From an uncultured Puniceicoccaceae bacterium (GTDB lineage Bacteria; Verrucomicrobiota; Verrucomicrobiia; Opitutales; Oceanipulchritudinaceae), in assembly GCA_963933835.1 (NCBI GenBank), contig CAWVVV010000003.1, forward strand, positions 224,001 through 288,000: a stretch of DNA of 64,000 nucleotides. Direction: 5' to 3'. Made by a program: the position numbers and the translations under genes. The stretch's first letter is position 1. Every line of letters begins with the position of its first letter. Below are positions 61,773 to 64,000 of the stretch, piece by piece. The notes under the pieces are model-generated. The model made no database searches. It was not told where the DNA came from and saw only the letters and a list, made by a program, of their open reading frames with translations.

Positions 61773-63011
61773 TTAGGGAAGCAGTCGCGATCTTTCCTCT
61801 GCGGTTGGGAGGGCGCAGGCACCTTTGGGGAAGATGCGAAGACGATTGGCCGCGATGAGGCCGTAGATGCGGTCTCGGAGAAAGAGGGGGACAACGCGGC
61901 CCAGCCATCCGAAAGGACGCCAGAATCCGCCTATGTCTGTGAGCGCTTTGAGCACCGCATTAGATTTGATCTGCTGCATCGAGTTTTTGCCATCGTCGAT
62001 GTAGTAGACTATGGTAGAAAGATCGCTACTGTTACGGAGTTCCTCTGGCAATTTATTCGATGCCATTTCACCTTGGAGAGGTGCGTATTTTAAGATGCCC
62101 GCAGTATCCGCCTCCATCAGAAATTTTACCGAATTGGTGCACAGCCCACATTCACCATCATAGAAGATGATACGCTGTATCGTGTCCTTTTTCGCTCGAA
62201 ACCAATCCGGATCAAAAACGAAGAGATGGATCAAGACCATGGCTGCGGTGAGATCGAGAAAGTCGACGACGAGTAAAATCCCACCATGCATGCCTAGCAT
62301 CAGGGTCCAGATCGCGAGGCGACCTCTCCGGAAGAATGATAGCGGGACAAAGAGAATTTCACCGGCGAGCGAGAGCCATGTCATGCCCTTAATAAGCGGC
62401 AGTGGTAGGTTTACAATGATCTCTCTAAAAACACCTGGGCGCGCCAATGGGTTTTCAGCCAAATGTAGTAAGGTGGTGCCATCGAGCCAGCTTGGGCTAC
62501 CCAGTTTGATAATGCCGCTGAAGCTATAGTCGAAGGCTAATAGGCACCAAGCAGTCCAATAGACTCCCGCAGGATAAAACCATTTCTTTGCGTCCGCTTC
62601 ACCTAAGCGAAGGGCTTCGTGGCTTGGAATTAAGAGACTAAGCATCAGCATCAGCCCGGTGTAGCCAAGCGAAGGGTTGGCGATCAAAGGATTGCGGCAG
62701 AAGAGGACGGCCCAGACATAAAGTGCAACGAAAGCCGCGATTTTTCGCCTCCATCCCAGAAGTATTGCCGCGGAACATACGGTTGCGACACTGAGTAGAA
62801 TGCTGGCTACAAGTGGCGTATCCGCTAACCAAAATGGGCTAGGAAGGATCTTAAAGAGTGGGCTCAGGGAAGGATCTCCGAGGGTGCCTTCTTTGCTGAA
62901 CAACTCACCCGCATAGGGAATCAAGAGGGCAAAATGCCAGAACAGATAGCTTCCCAGCAAAATCCTGAAGAACGTAAATTGCCAGCGTGAGATATTTTTT
63001 AATCCAAACAT
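61773..63011 (-). CDS. HTTM-like membrane protein fused to a DCC (DUF393) thiol-disulfide oxidoreductase domain
   Basis: FRILLG, multi-TM region with YSFSGIIKL.SPSWLDG and MHGGI; C-terminal FYDGECGLC...APLQ...RDRIY.LIAANR. Confidence 0.78.
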   Translation of the reverse strand: MFGLKNISRWQFTFFRILLGSYLFWHFALLIPYAGELFSKEGTLGDPSLSPLFKILPSPFWLADTPLVASILLSVATVCSAAILLGWRRKIAAFVALYVWAVLFCRNPLIANPSLGYTGLMLMLSLLIPSHEALRLGEADAKKWFYPAGVYWTAWCLLAFDYSFSGIIKLGSPSWLDGTTLLHLAENPLARPGVFREIIVNLPLPLIKGMTWLSLAGEILFVPLSFFRRGRLAIWTLMLGMHGGILLVVDFLDLTAAMVLIHLFVFDPDWFRAKKDTIQRIIFYDGECGLCTNSVKFLMEADTAGILKYAPLQGEMASNKLPEELRNSSDLSTIVYYIDDGKNSMQQIKSNAVLKALTDIGGFWRPFGWLGRVVPLFLRDRIYGLIAANRLRIFPKGACALPTAEERSRLLP

Positions 63012-63487
63012 GGCGGTGTGAATGTCCAGTGGTCATCCCGACCTATGGTCTTCGTTTCGATTTGAATAGAAATAGAAGAATATTCCGGGCCGATCTTTAA
63101 TTCTTCACGCAAAGGTCCATTGAAGCCGTAGCAGAAAACGCTTTGCCAAAGTGGGTCTGGTAAACGCGGTGCATAGCTCAGGGCCGCGCCATAAACATTG
63201 CGGCGATTGTAGGGCCCTTTAAGTTGCTGATAAAACTGGGGAGTGACTTCGCGCAACTCGGTCGTTCCATCCGGTTTGTGGAGGATCAAACTAAAGCGTG
63301 CCGCGTAGGTTTCGAAGCCGTCGACATCTGAAAAGACCTTTGTGTATGGAGCGAATCCATAGGCGGCGCCGAGACCGCGCAGGGCTGGCATCTTCAGGAG
63401 GGTGCCGGCGAATTGCAGGCTTCCAAGGCATAGAATCGCGATCGCGCACCAGCCGATCCATTTCGGGCATTCAGGGCGTTCACTCAT
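62999..63487 (-). CDS. Membrane-anchored hypothetical protein
   Basis: N-terminal TM; APYTKVFS and GPYNRRNVYGAALSYAP; overlaps both neighbours. Confidence 0.7.
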   Translation of the reverse strand: MSERPECPKWIGWCAIAILCLGSLQFAGTLLKMPALRGLGAAYGFAPYTKVFSDVDGFETYAARFSLILHKPDGTTELREVTPQFYQQLKGPYNRRNVYGAALSYAPRLPDPLWQSVFCYGFNGPLREELKIGPEYSSISIQIETKTIGRDDHWTFTPPCLD

Positions 63488-64000
63488 CGCTACTTCTGGT
63501 TTCGGCTTCCGCTCTTTGCCGGGACTCGGTACAGGCCCATTTCTTTTTGCAGCCGATACAGGTTGGCAAGAGGTGCAGTGGTGAAACGGACGCAGCATTT
63601 TTAGCATTCACGTCACGAAATGCGAGCATGTCGTCGAAGCGGTCTTCGCGCCAGTCGTCGTAGCCGAATTGTGTTAACTTGCTACTACGCCCGTTCTGAA
63701 AAGTTCCAAAAAGCAGATCCCAAATCGGAAGGTCAGCGAAATTTTTCGTATGCCGGTGATACTCGTGGTGTATCCGATGTGACTCCGGACGTTGGAAGAG
63801 ATACCCCAGCTTTTCCGGCGTGCGTATATTCCAATGATAAAAATATTCTGCCACTGCGGTGAAGAACACGTAGAGCGCCCCGCCGGGGATACTCAAACCA
63901 AAGAGGCTGTAGACGATGAGTGAACTCAAGACAGAGTTGATCGCAATTTCAACCGGGTGTTTATAAAACGAAGTGAGTATCTCGATACGCCGAGGCGAAT
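63480..64000 (-). CDS. Sterol desaturase / fatty-acid hydroxylase family protein (5' end outside the window)
   Basis: TSFYKHP, FYHWN, HRIHH and NFADLPIWDLLFGT His-box motifs; C-terminal CIGCKKKWAC. Confidence 0.85.
   Translation of the reverse strand, partial: SPRRIEILTSFYKHPVEIAINSVLSSLIVYSLFGLSIPGGALYVFFTAVAEYFYHWNIRTPEKLGYLFQRPESHRIHHEYHRHTKNFADLPIWDLLFGTFQNGRSSKLTQFGYDDWREDRFDDMLAFRDVNAKNAASVSPLHLLPTCIGCKKKWACTESRQRAEAETRSSDE

Overview
A 64-kb bacterial chromosomal window. It probably comes from a Verrucomicrobiota (Opitutales/Puniceicoccaceae-like) genome; this is inferred from the PEP-CTERM proteins, a Trp-rich surface domain and overall gene content. The first ~44 kb is mostly housekeeping: ispF/ispD/ispE, PTS enzyme I, glutamine synthetase II, an NtrC-type regulator, gltBD, valS, folD, proC, xth, accA, ilvE and a tRNA with a CAT anticodon. 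Small accessory inserts sit among these genes, including two nucleotidyltransferase/partner pairs, one bracketed by GTAG-type REP elements. The tmRNA gene (44673-45022) is followed by two further copies of its 3' end (51484-51513 and 56255-56282). These delimit two tandem islands with no integrase: one carries katG, two DoxX genes and a PFOR fragment, the other a zinc-uptake locus. The strongest candidate for an undescribed system is in the second island. A Zur-box-like 7-1-7 palindrome precedes a secreted Cys/His leader peptide ending in RAPP. The nucleotides right after RAPP can pair with the translation-start region of a His-rich TonB-dependent receptor, which suggests a metal- and secretion-sensing ribosome-arrest switch. 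Other candidates are a minimal kinase/PP2C pair divergent from glnII, a desaturase/HTTM-DCC operon, and a gene flanked by a duplicated rsmH 3' end. Many accessory genes are broken while long core genes are intact. All calls come from motif recognition by eye; no searches were run.
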